A program made the translations under genes and the position numbers. A model generated the notes under the pieces. It worked only from the letters and a program-made list of their open reading frames with translations. It did not search any database and was not told the DNA's origin. DNA of 29,796 nt, the filler included, from an uncultured virus (IMG/VR IMGVR_UViG_3300005239_002148) (taxonomy: Duplodnaviria > Heunggongvirae > Uroviricota > Caudoviricetes). It is 3 parts of one record of this genome, joined end to end, with 100 filler letters (N's around TTAATTAATTAA, not from the genome) between each part and the next. Parts side by side here need not be neighbours in the genome. Positions count along the whole stretch, not along the records: positions 28,365 to 29,796 come from IMGVR_UViG_3300005239_002148; 2 more parts are not named here. One strand, written 5' to 3'. Shown in pieces: positions 29,745 to 29,796 of this stretch. Each line of letters begins with the position of its first letter. The stretch's first letter is position 1.

Positions 29745-29796
29745 CTATTTGGCCATTGCTCTAATAAGAATAGTATCCTTATTAATACGACCATTT
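29745..29796 (-). CDS. C-terminus of a T4-like hypothetical protein entering from beyond the window
   Basis: Reads ...NGRINKDTILIRAMAK*. NGRINxxTILLR-type ends are recalled from a conserved T4-like hypothetical protein. Confidence 0.55.
   Translation of the reverse strand, partial: NGRINKDTILIRAMAK

Noticed and set aside
1..29796. Stop-codon reassignment as the cause of broken ORFs
   Set aside because: The breaks are frame changes rather than in-frame stops, and TAA, TAG and TGA all end intact genes.
1..29796. tRNA, rRNA, CRISPR array, DGR, intron or intein
   Set aside because: No such structures or motifs were recognised by eye in the sequenced parts. The N gaps cannot be assessed.

Overview
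AT-rich fragment of a T4-like (T4-superfamily, probably marine) myovirus genome, covering the late head/baseplate/tail region and the start of the replication module. It consists of at least three contigs joined by artificial N-TTAATTAATTAA-N linkers (1685-1696, 28309-28320). It also has internal N gaps and many homopolymer-type frameshifts that look like sequencing errors. Contig 1 (minus): probable portal C-terminus, acidic core protein, three small ORFs and the gp21 prohead protease. Contig 2: a minus-strand block gp48-gp53-gp27-like hub-three gp5-region genes-gp25-gp6-gp7-gp8-DUF4815/VrlC-like protein-small ORF-S74 fibre-adhesin, divergent from a plus-strand block gp4-gp2-gp54-like-gp26-gp51-gp29. 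Contig 3 (minus): gp33, three small ORFs and gp32. Several exact TATAAATA late promoters are present. Most notable observations: (1) a candidate programmed -1 frameshift (T TTT TTT) fusing gp26 to gp51 directly upstream of the tape measure, as in lambda G/GT; (2) gp5 split over three genes carrying a tail lysozyme, an amidase and two apparently dead M15 peptidase domains; (3) an adhesin whose N-terminal motif appears split by an insert with a cupredoxin-like H/C/H/M site; (4) capsid-targeting-like leaders on small proteins, one very His-rich; (5) Asp-Ser enrichment in gp7, gp8 and the fibre. All family calls are from motif recognition by eye, not database searches.
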